Shown: in pieces, positions 41,101 through 52,112 of the stretch
How the letters are laid out: every line of letters starts with the position of its first letter
How positions within the stretch are numbered: the first letter of the stretch is position 1
Source: a virus
Taxonomy: Duplodnaviria; Caudoviricetes
DNA: 60,769 bases
Virus record (IMG/VR): IMGVR_UViG_3300043427_002600
Coordinates: 1-60,769 of that record
Direction: 5' to 3' (one strand)
Made by a program: the position numbers and the translations under genes
The notes under the pieces: generated by a model
What the model was told of the DNA's origin: nothing
The model's database searches: none
What the model saw: only the letters and a program-made list of their open reading frames with translations

Positions 41101-44100
41101 AAATTTATCATTATTGATCTTAATGGCATATACTCTTTCTGGTAAAATATTAGTAACAACTCCAACATAATTTAATGTTGCCCCTATACCAACTGCAGTA
41201 GCTGCGACTCCAATGAAAGTTGATTTTGGTTCATAGATTAATTCTTCACCTGTGCTAAAGAAATGATTAGGAATGTTAAATTCTCCTGTGCTTAGGTTTA
41301 AGACACTACTATCAGAAGGATTAAATTGCTTTGCAAAAATTGATGTTCCTTGATACCTAAGCGCAAATATTTTTTTATTAATATCATCGTCATTAACTGA
41401 AATGTAACGGGAAACTCCCACAGATTCCAGTATATTAGCATATTCTAAATCTGGAGGTGGTAAATTAATGTAATCATTTTCTCTATAGAAGATTTCATTA
41501 AAAGATATTATTTCAAAATTATTTCCAGTGAAAGAAGGATCTGGATAAAATTTTAAAATTAATTCCGATCCTGATATTTCTCCACCAAAACTACCTATTC
41601 CAAGAGTACTTCCTATTGAAAGAAATGGGTATTGTAGTATAGTTGGATTAATACCATCAGAAACTAATACAACTTGATGTAAAGCACTGGTTCCACCCAC
41701 GCTGACTTTTATCGAGGATTTTACAGATGAAAATATATTATTATTGAGTGATATAACTGTTGATGCTGTAGATACATTTTTATATGAAGAATTAAATAAA
41801 ATAGTATTTTCAAACCCATCAATTTGACCGTCTAATTTAAATCTATATGTTTGCAATCCAACTGAAATTGTACTGAATCCAACATTTTTAGTTCTAATTG
41901 TTACATTATTACTTGAATTATTAGTATAATTAATTTTTATAATTCCACCACTTATAAAAGACCCAAATGTTCCTATAAAATTAGAACTCAATCCGTCATT
42001 AGTATCAAAATAAAACTCAGATATATTAGTGTTTGTTCCATCATGATCAACAAATATTTCAGAATAATTCATTTCTCCATTAGAATCATCAGTTATATGG
42101 ATCATAGAATATAGTGAATCTAAAACAGAACTTGATTTCTCAAGTAAAGTAACTGTTGATCCAGCAGAAACTGTTGTCGTAACGCCAATTAAGCTCACAA
42201 ACCCAATGTTTGTCGTGCCTATTCCAGTTGTTGAGTTGGTAAATGTATTATTCAAATATTTAATATTATAACTACTTACAAATGAATCTTTAGGTTCAAA
42301 TTTTAAATAACACTCATCAGTATCATTGTTAATATATCCAGAAAAATCACCAATAGTATTAGTTTCATATCCAGATTCTGATGATATCCTTGAGTCTACT
42401 GTACCTCTTTCTAAAATAAATATTTCAGAATCATTATTTAGAATAATCAATTCGGTAAATTGAAATTCAGTCAAATTTTTATTTGAAATTTGTACAAGAT
42501 AACGATTGAATTTTCTTGTAGAAACAATATCTGTTACTTTTGAAGAAGCTGCAAGTTCCTGATTGGAATTTGAAAATTCAGAATTAATTTGATCTATATC
42601 CAAAACTCTATTGCTAATTGCTTTAAAATAATTGGATAATTTTTTATTTTTAAATTTTAAATATTTTGATCTATCCCCAAATGTATCTACGTCTACAACT
42701 AAATCATAATTATTGACAGTATCTGCACGTTGTTCTTCAATAATAGTAAAAATTGATTCCGCAAATTGATTTGAATTCACTGAAATTGAATTCACATTAA
42801 CACCCTTTATAATTTGAGTATCTGCAAAATTTTTCAAACCTGATGGGTGAAGAATATTATTTACAGGACTGACAATATCATTCCATTCTTTATTGGTTTT
42901 AATAGAATATGAAAGATTTTGATAATAATCATTATCAGAAATTACTTGAGTATCATCATTAAGTTTTCCAATATCATCATACCACCCCACTTCAGTTATT
43001 TTTCCATAATCAATTTTAAATTGTCCAGAACATTCTTTTACATTATCAATTGACGCTATTGTGCCAGATTGAGATCCTCTTATAATTTGATTGCTTTGCA
43101 AGTCATATGTTCCAAAAAGTTTAACATAATTTTCATTAGATTCTGTAATGACTAAATCTTGAATAGTAAATTCATCTTGTACTTTAACTTGAACTGGTTC
43201 TCCAAGAATAAAGGATGAAAAATCTTGAGTGATATTAAATCTGGGGTAATCATTATAGTTAATAACTACTCCATAATTATTTTCAATTACTTTTGGAACT
43301 CCTGGATTTGTAGTTATGCCAGAAAGATCATATGTTAATATTGCCGATGATCCAGAAATTGAAGATGTATATCCAACAACGTCAAAGAATTGGTATCCAT
43401 AATCCTCCGAATTAAACCCACTTCCATCGGTAGTTTCTTTTTGTATTCCTTCTACAAAAATTTTATCACCCACAGAAAATGGTTCAATTAAAAATCCAGA
43501 TGCGGGAGTTAATAATGCACAAGTAACAATTCCAGAAGAAGAAGATTGAACAGTTTTAATTCCAACTCCATTTGTATTATTAATAGTCCTTAAAGTAACT
43601 ATTGTTTCTGGTAAACCTTTCGGGGGAGAATCAATAGTAACAGATTCAATTGAACCAGATTGAGATAAGTTAGGGATCAATAAACCAGAGTCAATTACAT
43701 TTCTATTATCACTATTGACAATAATTAAATCTGGCGAAGAAATATAATTTTTTCCAGCATTAATTATTCCAATAGAATCAATTGTATTTGAATTTTTTAT
43801 AGAATAAAACTTAGAAATAGAAGCTTCGGGTCTCAAAGTTTTATCCGAAGAATATTCAAATCCTTCATTTAAAATTCTGATTTGATTAATTTTACCTATT
43901 TGAGTAGAATCGGGTATAATATATGCCCCACTTCCAGAATCAGATTCAATTCCGTTAAATATAGGTAATTTTTTAAAATTAGAACCTGGAGAAACTATTT
44001 TTACTTTTGAAACTCCCCCAGAAGAAGATTGTGAGGAAGTTGTATATTCTAAAATATCACACTCAGATACACTATAAGAATTTTTTTCTGGAAAACTAGA

Positions 44101-47100
44101 TAAGCATATATTAAATGTTGTCGTACCTATACCAAAAACATTGTAAGAATTACTGTAAAAACTGTCAATGTAATTAATTGATGAATAATTTATAACTTCT
44201 TTGTCTGCAGTACTAATATATCCAGACTTTTGTAATGAATAAAATAGTGGTGAAGGTATATTGCTATCATAGTTTAAAGATAGTGATGCATTTGTAGTAG
44301 ATACACCTATCGTACCAGTTTTACTTATTGAAAAAGAACTAGTTGATCCAGTTGAAATAAATTCATTATAAAAATCTTGATCATAAAATATCTTAAATTC
44401 ATACCCATAAAGAGATGAGTCCTTCAAATCAAAAATAATGTTATTGTTTTTTATAATTGAAATCGGAGGATTGACCAAAGAAATAACCTGAGAGGATCCA
44501 CCAGTGCTACTAAATGTTAATGTATTGGGCGGATTTGTCTGTACAACATCAGTATAAGTTTCCCCAAGTTTAATTGTGTTATCATTTATTTTGTAAACAA
44601 AGTAAAATCCAGTCGTCAATCCAGATATTACATTATTTGCTGAATATCTGACCTTATCTCCTGTCTTCAATCCATGAGAATTAATTGATATTGTATCAAT
44701 AGAAGCATCAACAACGGAAGAATTAAATTCTATTGGATTAAATAAAATATATTCAGTATCAGCATCCCGCAAAACTTTAATACTTGACGATGATCCGACT
44801 CCTACAGATAAATTTGGTTTAACGAAAAGATTTATAGTATCATTATTGCTAAGATTGTGTGATGTTGATACTGATACTGTTGCAATATTTTTTTGAACAG
44901 ATCCTTTTACTTGATTGAAATTTGATCGTAGAGAATATTGGTAATCATAAGATCCTGGAACAAATGATCTAAAGAATAGTCCATTTGTTGTTGTAGTTAA
45001 TCCAATTTGTGTTACGATTCCAATATAATCTATAGATTTTTTGATGATATAAACAACCTGACTGTTACCACCATCTGGCAAATCAAATGCCACTCCACCC
45101 GACGTAGTACTAACAGAAATATTACTTCCCCCAAGTGCTGGTTTTTGTAATATAACTGGTTGATTTGTTTTAAACGGATGATTTGGCAAATAAATTGACT
45201 GTGTTGGTACTGATACTACATTATTTGTCTGAACACCCACATTATAAGAAATTTGCACATCAACTCCCACTGTTGTACCAATTCCAATCGAATATTGTGG
45301 GTTAAAATAAACTAAATCATTATCTCTAGAATCAAAATAATTTACAGATTTATTAATTGTAAATGAGTCTGGAATAAAATATACTGGTGTTGTTGCAGTA
45401 TGTGGCCCCACTGTCCCAACACTTATCACTCTAACTACATTTTGAGTGTTAAAAATATTAAGAATAGATAAAGTATTTGACCCTATAGTAATGCTGCTAC
45501 CAATGGAAATACTATCAGGAATACTTGAAAGATATACATCAGTTACTATACCACTTGCCAAAGTTGGTAGTTCTTGGAAAAGAGATGAAGTATAAGAAGT
45601 TACTCCAATCCGATTAATCCCATTGAGTGATCCTAAGAAAGTTGATAACCCAGAAACATTAACATAATCTAAATTATTTAAATCATGCTTTGGGGATATC
45701 TTCACCTTTATTTGATTTTTATTTTCCCATTCAAAAATTGTATTATTGTAAGAAAGTGAAGAAGTTTCTATATCTACTATAGATTTTCCTTTAATTTCAG
45801 ATACTTGTGATATTAATCCACCACCTTCAGTATCACTCTGATCGAATAATAATGTTTCTCCAATTTTATAATCTTCCCCAGAATTAATAATATTAAATTT
45901 TTCAATTGATCCGGAAGTAATAGACTCTACAACAGAAAATTGGTTAATGACCTCATTAGACTCAATAATAAAATCATTATTCGCATTAGTATCTCCGATT
46001 TTATACGGAAAAGTGTTTCTAATGAGAGATGAGTTATTAAAATCAAAAGACTGATTTAGTGATCTATTATCTTCAACAAATTTTGAACGGAATCTATTTG
46101 CAATAAAATAAGGATATTTACCTACACTATTTCCATCAACATCTTCTTCGGTAGTAGCAAAATAAGCATAAGTTCCTTTAGGAAATTCTTTTGTTACACA
46201 AAATCTTCCATTATATACATCAAGATCACCTGAATTGGTAAATTCATAATCTTCAATAAAGAACCCCGGGGGAAATAATGAAGAATTTGGCCTGTTAAAA
46301 ACTTTATCTATATTTAATGTGTATCCTGGAGATAAACGTTTTACATTTCCAAGTTCAGACTCTGGATTAGAATAACCAAAAGATCCGTAAATAGGATTAC
46401 CGTCATAAGCCCACCCAATAATAGGGGAGTGTTTAGATCCATCATCGCCAAATTCGTCCTTAATTTTATCAAAATATCCAGAAATACCATATTGCAAATT
46501 ATTATAAGAAGATTTTACAATCTCATTAGATGGTATTATTGAATCGTTAGTTGGGTGAATAGTTCCAAATAATAAATTATCATTTATGGAAAGTGACCTA
46601 ACTTGAACGTCGAAGGCCGCCCCCTTACCAGATGGAGTTATTTCAATTTTAGTATCTTTACTAGAGTATCCAATACCAGTGTTAATAACAATTACATCAG
46701 ATAATTTACCATTTTCTATGACAGGTTTTAATACAGCACCTTTCCCATTTCCCGACAAGTCTATAACGTTAAGATTTGGAGTTGAATAATAATCCTTTCC
46801 CCCATATTGAACAGATACATCCTCTATTCTACCATTTATAATAATGGGTTTGCATTGTGCTTCTTTTCCATTTTTTATTATAATAGAGGGTTTTTTCTGA
46901 TAATTTAGGATAGTTGATCCATAATCGCTACCTTTTTCATAAATGTAAATATCAGTTATTTTTCCTTTTACAATGGGTGTAGAATCAATACTTCCAATAA
47001 ATTGATTTGTGTCTAAACCGACAGGACTATATCTCACTTCTAAAGATATTTCTGGATCATTAAAAATATGATAACCACTACCAATTGTTGATCCCAAACT

Positions 47101-50100
47101 TACAAATTTTCTTCTTTCATAGTTTAATATAGTAGTCCCACCAATTCCTGCATCAGATAATCTGAAAAAATCATCGTCTATCTTTAAAATATAATATTGT
47201 TTTTCGGTTGTTAATCCTGATAATGGATTTCCTGTATTGGAGTATATAATTTTCTCACCATCTTCAAATTTATGTCCGGGAAAATAAATAGTGTCTTTTG
47301 CTGTAGAAATTCCACTAGGTAAAACTCTAAGTTTTCTATTCTTATAATTTTCTCCACCATTGATAACTTTAATTTCACTTAAAGTATTTTTAATTTCTGT
47401 CGCAAATTTTTGAATACCCGCAGCGTTACTAATAGTAAATCCTATTGTGTTAATTCCAGATCTATAATCTGTGATAGACGGATAAAGACGAATCGTGAAA
47501 TTATTTACATATTTTGCAAAATATGATGATCCATCTTTTAAAGTTAATCCAGTATTTGTGTTTGATCCAAGAAAAGTTCCAACTCCAACTGGAGTATTGT
47601 TAAGAGGTCGGTATATAATTTCTTGACCATCTAATAAGTTGTGTTCAGTTAAAAATGTTATTGTTTCTGTGGTGTTATTAACTCCTCCACCAGAGCTTGA
47701 TAATCTAGCATCAAATTCAATCTCTCTTCTTTTTCTTTCAATTATTGGTTGGAACACTGCACCAGATCCATTTCCACCAGTAATAGCAACAGAAACTACT
47801 ACGTCAATATCAAAATTTTGTGGAGTTACATAAACTTTTTCTATAGATCCACTAATGCATGGTTGAATTAATGCTGATCCACTAGAAAGAGATAAATTGG
47901 GAGGATTTATGACATCATAATCACCACCACCACTCAAAACATTAACTTTTTCTAATGGTCCATAATAAATTTTATTAGTTGTCTTATAATTAAATATTTC
48001 AACTCCATTTACAAGCATTCCAATACTTCCAGGAGGAGTTTCCTCAGATTCACCATCACCAATATTAGCATCTAAAGGAAATTTCCTAAGTATTTTTTGT
48101 GCTGATAAAATTCTTTCTTTCTGAGAATTTAAAATAAAGGTGTGAATTCCTTCTGTTAGATCACCAAAATGCAAATAATTTATTGTTCCTATTACAGACC
48201 TGGAACCATACAGTCTAACTTGTAGATTTCCTGGTAAAACTTGGATATAATATATACCTTCTTTTAACCCAGAAATTGGTGTTATTGAGGGTTTATAATA
48301 AATTTCATCACCAGTAAAAAATGAAACTTTATTACTAAAAACAATTAATGAATTTAAATTAGTTTCGGGATCTTTATCAGCAACTCCAAGTGCATCATAA
48401 GAAAATAAAGATTTAGTTATCTCATATGATGGCAATGAATTTGAAGCAATGAACATGTAATCATTATCATCATATACATTTTGAATGTCTGAGGTTATAG
48501 GATTGTAGTCAAATGGTATAGTTGAAGATGATGCGGTTTTAATTTTTCTTCTAATATCATATCTAGAACCAGATGAAAAGGTAACATTATCATCTACACC
48601 AATTTCATATAAATCACTATCGTTAATAGAAATAGAATTTACTTGGAGATTACTTTTTAATATTGTTTGAGTATTTCGGTATAGTAATTCAATAATGTCT
48701 CCGACTTTTAAACTTGATGCATCTACGGGACTTTTTAAAATAATTTGTGAAGTATTTCCTGGAGTAAAATCATCAATTATTTCATATCTGGAACTTGTAT
48801 TATAAATCCAACTATTTGAAAAAATTTCTCTATAAGTTTTATTAGTATCTGGATTTTTGATAATCTTACCGATACTTTTTACTGCTATTTTTTCACCGGC
48901 ACTTATCGGAAAATCAGTTTTAATAGGAATATAATCTGACAAAATACCAGTAATTCTTAATATAACTTTTTTGGAAGTATCACCATTTTCATATCCAAAA
49001 TAAGTATCTTCAGAAAAAATTATCGATGCCACTTCAATGGGGGAAGTTATTCCACTACACCCAAAGAATTGGTTGACGCTCTTATCAGAATAATTTATGA
49101 CATTATTTCCGGAATAAATTATTCCAGATTGTGGAAATCCTATTGTAGAATCAACTGTAATGACAGAACTTCCAATACTAATAGTTTCTAAATTTTTAGT
49201 GCTTCCTGTAATATTAAATTGCCCTGTTATCGGTTCTGGTGGAAGAGTATATCCAAGAAAAAGTAAAAGTTTATAATATGTTTTATTTTTTCTTTTAATT
49301 ATTTCTACTTCTGAAACAGATGCCGTAGTGTTTGAATCTGTTGTTTTTATTATTGTTTGTCCTTCAAGATTAAGTGGATTGCCAGATATTACATCACATA
49401 CGACAATCAATCTTCTAATATAATTTGCAGTTGAAGGTTTAATTAGAAAATTTTCAAGATTAATTATTTTTGGAGTTTCTCCAAATAAAACATTAAACAG
49501 AATTCTAAATGCTTCTTCCGTTCCTTTAGTTTGATATAAAGTTTTTAAAGACTTTATAAAGTTTGATACATTTAGATCAGAAACAAAATTAATATCTTGC
49601 AAATCTGAAGCAAGAGTATATTTTATTTTTTTATAAAATTCCTGTAAAAATAGAGAACTTAAATTATCTACCTTCGATTCGGCATTATGAGATGAAGCAT
49701 CGGAAACTGAAAAAACTAATTCTTCAGCATTTAACTGCTTATGAAAATTCGTGATTCCACTAAATCCTCTAATACAACCAGTAAATGTATTAGTAGTTAT
49801 GCCAGTATATGTAATAATCTCATCATCTATTTTCAATAAACCATATTTTTGAGGGAATCCTTTTGTACTATCAACTTGAATAGTATCACTTATTGCAGAA
49901 ATATTTGCAGAAAGAATTGTAAATCCTGTGATTACCTCTGGTGTTAAATTGTCAAGTTTTAAATACTGATCCAAATTATCAGAAATGTCAATTGAACCAC
50001 CCTGATATTCTTGGGAGATATAATATTGCTTCAAAAAATCCACAGATTTTGGACTTTCATCTAAAATAAATTCTGGTAATTGACTATCAATTATTTGTTG

Positions 50101-50136
50101 AATTTTTACTCTTGATTCAAACCCCGTTTGTATCAT
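38173..50136 (-). CDS. g7: Giant baseplate wedge initiator (gp7-like)
   Basis: 3987 aa between g6 and g8; FLKQYY, KGTEEAFRILF, HSPIIGWAYDGNPIYG, DNDYYQNLSYSIK..HPSGLKNF. Confidence 0.8.
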   Translation of the reverse strand: MIQTGFESRVKIQQIIDSQLPEFILDESPKSVDFLKQYYISQEYQGGSIDISDNLDQYLKLDNLTPEVITGFTILSANISAISDTIQVDSTKGFPQKYGLLKIDDEIITYTGITTNTFTGCIRGFSGITNFHKQLNAEELVFSVSDASSHNAESKVDNLSSLFLQEFYKKIKYTLASDLQDINFVSDLNVSNFIKSLKTLYQTKGTEEAFRILFNVLFGETPKIINLENFLIKPSTANYIRRLIVVCDVISGNPLNLEGQTIIKTTDSNTTASVSEVEIIKRKNKTYYKLLLFLGYTLPPEPITGQFNITGSTKNLETISIGSSVITVDSTIGFPQSGIIYSGNNVINYSDKSVNQFFGCSGITSPIEVASIIFSEDTYFGYENGDTSKKVILRITGILSDYIPIKTDFPISAGEKIAVKSIGKIIKNPDTNKTYREIFSNSWIYNTSSRYEIIDDFTPGNTSQIILKSPVDASSLKVGDIIELLYRNTQTILKSNLQVNSISINDSDLYEIGVDDNVTFSSGSRYDIRRKIKTASSSTIPFDYNPITSDIQNVYDDNDYMFIASNSLPSYEITKSLFSYDALGVADKDPETNLNSLIVFSNKVSFFTGDEIYYKPSITPISGLKEGIYYIQVLPGNLQVRLYGSRSVIGTINYLHFGDLTEGIHTFILNSQKERILSAQKILRKFPLDANIGDGESEETPPGSIGMLVNGVEIFNYKTTNKIYYGPLEKVNVLSGGGDYDVINPPNLSLSSGSALIQPCISGSIEKVYVTPQNFDIDVVVSVAITGGNGSGAVFQPIIERKRREIEFDARLSSSGGGVNNTTETITFLTEHNLLDGQEIIYRPLNNTPVGVGTFLGSNTNTGLTLKDGSSYFAKYVNNFTIRLYPSITDYRSGINTIGFTISNAAGIQKFATEIKNTLSEIKVINGGENYKNRKLRVLPSGISTAKDTIYFPGHKFEDGEKIIYSNTGNPLSGLTTEKQYYILKIDDDFFRLSDAGIGGTTILNYERRKFVSLGSTIGSGYHIFNDPEISLEVRYSPVGLDTNQFIGSIDSTPIVKGKITDIYIYEKGSDYGSTILNYQKKPSIIIKNGKEAQCKPIIINGRIEDVSVQYGGKDYYSTPNLNVIDLSGNGKGAVLKPVIENGKLSDVIVINTGIGYSSKDTKIEITPSGKGAAFDVQVRSLSINDNLLFGTIHPTNDSIIPSNEIVKSSYNNLQYGISGYFDKIKDEFGDDGSKHSPIIGWAYDGNPIYGSFGYSNPESELGNVKRLSPGYTLNIDKVFNRPNSSLFPPGFFIEDYEFTNSGDLDVYNGRFCVTKEFPKGTYAYFATTEEDVDGNSVGKYPYFIANRFRSKFVEDNRSLNQSFDFNNSSLIRNTFPYKIGDTNANNDFIIESNEVINQFSVVESITSGSIEKFNIINSGEDYKIGETLLFDQSDTEGGGLISQVSEIKGKSIVDIETSSLSYNNTIFEWENKNQIKVKISPKHDLNNLDYVNVSGLSTFLGSLNGINRIGVTSYTSSLFQELPTLASGIVTDVYLSSIPDSISIGSSITIGSNTLSILNIFNTQNVVRVISVGTVGPHTATTPVYFIPDSFTINKSVNYFDSRDNDLVYFNPQYSIGIGTTVGVDVQISYNVGVQTNNVVSVPTQSIYLPNHPFKTNQPVILQKPALGGSNISVSTTSGGVAFDLPDGGNSQVVYIIKKSIDYIGIVTQIGLTTTTNGLFFRSFVPGSYDYQYSLRSNFNQVKGSVQKNIATVSVSTSHNLSNNDTINLFVKPNLSVGVGSSSSIKVLRDADTEYILFNPIEFNSSVVDASIDTISINSHGLKTGDKVRYSANNVISGLTTGFYFVYKINDNTIKLGETYTDVVQTNPPNTLTFSSTGGSSQVISLVNPPISIIKNNNIIFDLKDSSLYGYEFKIFYDQDFYNEFISTGSTSSFSISKTGTIGVSTTNASLSLNYDSNIPSPLFYSLQKSGYISTADKEVINYSSINYIDSFYSNSYNVFGIGTTTFNICLSSFPEKNSYSVSECDILEYTTSSQSSSGGVSKVKIVSPGSNFKKLPIFNGIESDSGSGAYIIPDSTQIGKINQIRILNEGFEYSSDKTLRPEASISKFYSIKNSNTIDSIGIINAGKNYISSPDLIIVNSDNRNVIDSGLLIPNLSQSGSIESVTIDSPPKGLPETIVTLRTINNTNGVGIKTVQSSSSGIVTCALLTPASGFLIEPFSVGDKIFVEGIQKETTDGSGFNSEDYGYQFFDVVGYTSSISGSSAILTYDLSGITTNPGVPKVIENNYGVVINYNDYPRFNITQDFSSFILGEPVQVKVQDEFTIQDLVITESNENYVKLFGTYDLQSNQIIRGSQSGTIASIDNVKECSGQFKIDYGKITEVGWYDDIGKLNDDTQVISDNDYYQNLSYSIKTNKEWNDIVSPVNNILHPSGLKNFADTQIIKGVNVNSISVNSNQFAESIFTIIEEQRADTVNNYDLVVDVDTFGDRSKYLKFKNKKLSNYFKAISNRVLDIDQINSEFSNSNQELAASSKVTDIVSTRKFNRYLVQISNKNLTEFQFTELIILNNDSEIFILERGTVDSRISSESGYETNTIGDFSGYINNDTDECYLKFEPKDSFVSSYNIKYLNNTFTNSTTGIGTTNIGFVSLIGVTTTVSAGSTVTLLEKSSSVLDSLYSMIHITDDSNGEMNYSEIFVDHDGTNTNISEFYFDTNDGLSSNFIGTFGSFISGGIIKINYTNNSSNNVTIRTKNVGFSTISVGLQTYRFKLDGQIDGFENTILFNSSYKNVSTASTVISLNNNIFSSVKSSIKVSVGGTSALHQVVLVSDGINPTILQYPFLSIGSTLGIGSFGGEISGSELILKFYPDPSFTGNNFEIISFNEIFYRENDYINLPPPDLEYANILESVGVSRYISVNDDDINKKIFALRYQGTSIFAKQFNPSDSSVLNLSTGEFNIPNHFFSTGEELIYEPKSTFIGVAATAVGIGATLNYVGVVTNILPERVYAIKINNDKFKISTREEYANSGISVTFTSLGSGNAHQFEMLKKNEKSIITISNIVQEPISYALLNYTINNGSQVGSSTTTFGLSGISSIRIGDLLKVDSEYMKVINVGLGTSYSGPISFAGTFPLVSVERGSVGSSATTHSNSGIASVYRGSFNIVGSNIYFSDTPQGSLEDQLFDDDDALPESRDYFSGRVFLRKNYDDNKVYDNISEQFTGIGQTYKLTVSGNNIVGLGTSGISGLVFINGIFQTPTTENNPNNNFAITEDQISGISSITFSGITSSNGSVVISESDVNLNQLPRGGLIVSLGSSGGLGYAPLVGASVTAIIGAGGSIVSVGIGTSGDLYTGNWGSGYRSPISIGITEIGHVGSSATITASVGAGGSLSFTIVNGGTGYVSPIINISSPSYSNLPIVGVSRLSVGSTTDCGIGILMDIDVGASSTTGIGSTLFEVKNFKIKRNGYGFEKGDVFKPVGLVTAKGIPNPISEFEITVLDTFTDSFSAWQFGQIDYIDSVKNYQDGSRTRFPLYYNGNLLSFERDGSDLDSQLINFNSLLIIFINGILQNPGESYQFDGGTSFVFTEPPKEEDNVAIYFYRGSSEDSSQILIYETLKIGDDVQVFSNNAYLGITTTQNSRTVTDILTSSTIETNLYFDKGVDSINYKPVSWIKQKTDKFINGNLVSKSRDSIETQIYPTAKIIKTFDENDDEIFVDSISLFNYENVLPGEIDFDALIVSGADDPVSAAVTAVVSAAGTVQSLVITNIGSGYTGSSINVNISSPPKIGAGIGTVATASISIVNGSLSSTTITNPGLGYTTNNPPQVLVPLPSPIYENITNITGIAGTIGTIVGIGTTVGVGTALAINFTINLTGLSTGYPLYVFNTKVGNGVTTILSNNLDIVGIGTTCLDNIYIISGINPSTGVVTCNIHSGSSIVGIATTGVVGKFSWGKISGFNRSSSPISIGISGFTVDSGLSTFPIMQRRGYGLRSVGPIIK

Positions 50137-50137
50137 A

Positions 50138-52111
50138 TTACAACCTCTTTAGTTCCCCATTTGAATAGCTTGATCTATAGTAATCACTAGTGGAAAAAAT
50201 TACTCCAGATATATCATCACCAGATGCAATGACATCTTTTATCATATTTATTGAACTTTTTTCAATACTAAAAACCAAATATAAATCCTTTAATCCAATT
50301 ATATCGTTTGATTCTGGAAACGCTTGTATTTCAATTATATCTTGAGGTAAAGATGTTGAAGTTATATTTAATTCACCCAATCTTATTTCACCATTCGTAT
50401 AATCTACAGTACCTGCAGACTGAACTACTACTGATATTTTAGAGACCACTTCAGAATCTTTTTCTTCTAAAACTGGTATTTCTTTCACAATTGAAATAGT
50501 TCCAGTTCCACTTAAAGATCCATCAGAATTTTTATTCGGAACATCCGTTAAGAATACTGTATCATTGATTCCAAAAATAGTAAATCCTGTAGATTTAATA
50601 TTTTTTCCTTCGGGATTAATATGAAACTTATTCCCGTAGCAAATCTCATATTGAGTTAAAGAATTAATTTGTGCTTTTAAATCTCTTCTAATTCTAACTT
50701 TTGTAATATTTGAAGTAATTGCAGAGTCTGTATTGTCAATTACTTGAAGAACTTTACTATATTTAAATCTTCCACCAAAAACATTTAGTTCTGCAGAATT
50801 TGAATAGGAAGATAAAGACTCTATCACATTTGTTTTTAAGTCTTCAACGCTTCCTACTTGAGAGTAATTATAATAAATTGAAGAATCAATCTCAACATAA
50901 AGTATTTTTAAATCATTGATTTCAACATTAATTCCTGAGATAGAATATGTCTTGAGTTTATTCTTAATTTGTTGCTTATTAAACTCGGAAACATATGTTC
51001 CATTTTTCGGTTTGATGCTAATAAAAACTTTTCCATATTGAGGTGGATTAAGTTCTTCCCCCCCAACTACAGATATTGATTCTGTTTCTGGATAGAGTTG
51101 AGATTTGATAATTGCTTCGTAGTCTTTTGAAGTAACTGCTCTGTACTGTGAAGAATAAAGTCTGGGAGCATATTTTCTAATAGAACTTACACTTTCAATG
51201 TCAGATCCATTTTGGGCATTTTGTACTGTTGTGACATTAATTGAACTATTAATAATTTCTACAGAATTATTTTGATTCTTAAAGGCACCAACAAACGAAA
51301 AGGAATTTGGTCCATTGCCATCCTTACCGTCCGTAATAATATAAGTTACTGTGATTACTGACCCATTTTCGAGTTTTTTTCCAAATATACCATCCCCAAA
51401 GAGAAGTTCATATTTTTCATCTTTAACTTCTTGAATTAAATAAATTTCTGAATTCGAATCAATTTCAAAAATATTATCGACAAGATTATAAAGTCTGCCA
51501 GTTCCTTCTATATCACTTTCATCTTTTATATAAACTCTAATTGTTGATGTATCAATATACGAATTATCTAAGATAAATCTTTGATCCAAAGATCCATCAA
51601 CTACAAATTGTTTTTTTAAAAAAGTTCCTTGAAATATTTCTACATTGTTAAATGTTGCGGTTCCAACAATTCCACTACCTCTGGGAACTGTTGGACTCAC
51701 TGTTGCAGTAATATTATCTGGAATTGAAAAAACATATGAAGTCCCACTTATAGATCCTGTGCACACCAACCCAGACTGAAGAGTAAGAGTGGAAGTATTT
51801 ACATTTGATGTAGTTGCAGAAAAAGATACTACTGCTGATGCACAAGTTTTAGATCTAGGAACATATCCAACATTTCTTGCAAGAGAAACAACATTTTCTC
51901 TTACGGTTGCTGAATCTAAGAAAGATTCATTTACAACCATATTAGAGTTAAATGCCGTAATATAAGTATTATACGCTAATGTATCAATTAAAACTGAAAA
52001 ATTAGATCCTTCAAAATCAAAATCAGTGAAATTCGAATTCGCACGAAGATAATCTTTAATGGAAGTTTTAATTTGATCGAAATCTAAATTCGCAAACTTA
52101 GTAAAAGGCAT
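50138..52111 (-). CDS. g6: Baseplate wedge protein gp6
   Basis: LDFDQIK, DFDFEGSN, LAYNTY, NESFLDSA, QYRAVTSKDY. Confidence 0.93.
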   Translation of the reverse strand: MPFTKFANLDFDQIKTSIKDYLRANSNFTDFDFEGSNFSVLIDTLAYNTYITAFNSNMVVNESFLDSATVRENVVSLARNVGYVPRSKTCASAVVSFSATTSNVNTSTLTLQSGLVCTGSISGTSYVFSIPDNITATVSPTVPRGSGIVGTATFNNVEIFQGTFLKKQFVVDGSLDQRFILDNSYIDTSTIRVYIKDESDIEGTGRLYNLVDNIFEIDSNSEIYLIQEVKDEKYELLFGDGIFGKKLENGSVITVTYIITDGKDGNGPNSFSFVGAFKNQNNSVEIINSSINVTTVQNAQNGSDIESVSSIRKYAPRLYSSQYRAVTSKDYEAIIKSQLYPETESISVVGGEELNPPQYGKVFISIKPKNGTYVSEFNKQQIKNKLKTYSISGINVEINDLKILYVEIDSSIYYNYSQVGSVEDLKTNVIESLSSYSNSAELNVFGGRFKYSKVLQVIDNTDSAITSNITKVRIRRDLKAQINSLTQYEICYGNKFHINPEGKNIKSTGFTIFGINDTVFLTDVPNKNSDGSLSGTGTISIVKEIPVLEEKDSEVVSKISVVVQSAGTVDYTNGEIRLGELNITSTSLPQDIIEIQAFPESNDIIGLKDLYLVFSIEKSSINMIKDVIASGDDISGVIFSTSDYYRSSYSNGELKRL

Positions 52112-52112
52112 T

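Noticed and set aside
25677-50136. Plus-strand ORFs of 60-123 aa within structural genes
   Set aside because: Antisense to well-conserved T4-like genes; expected by chance from codon bias
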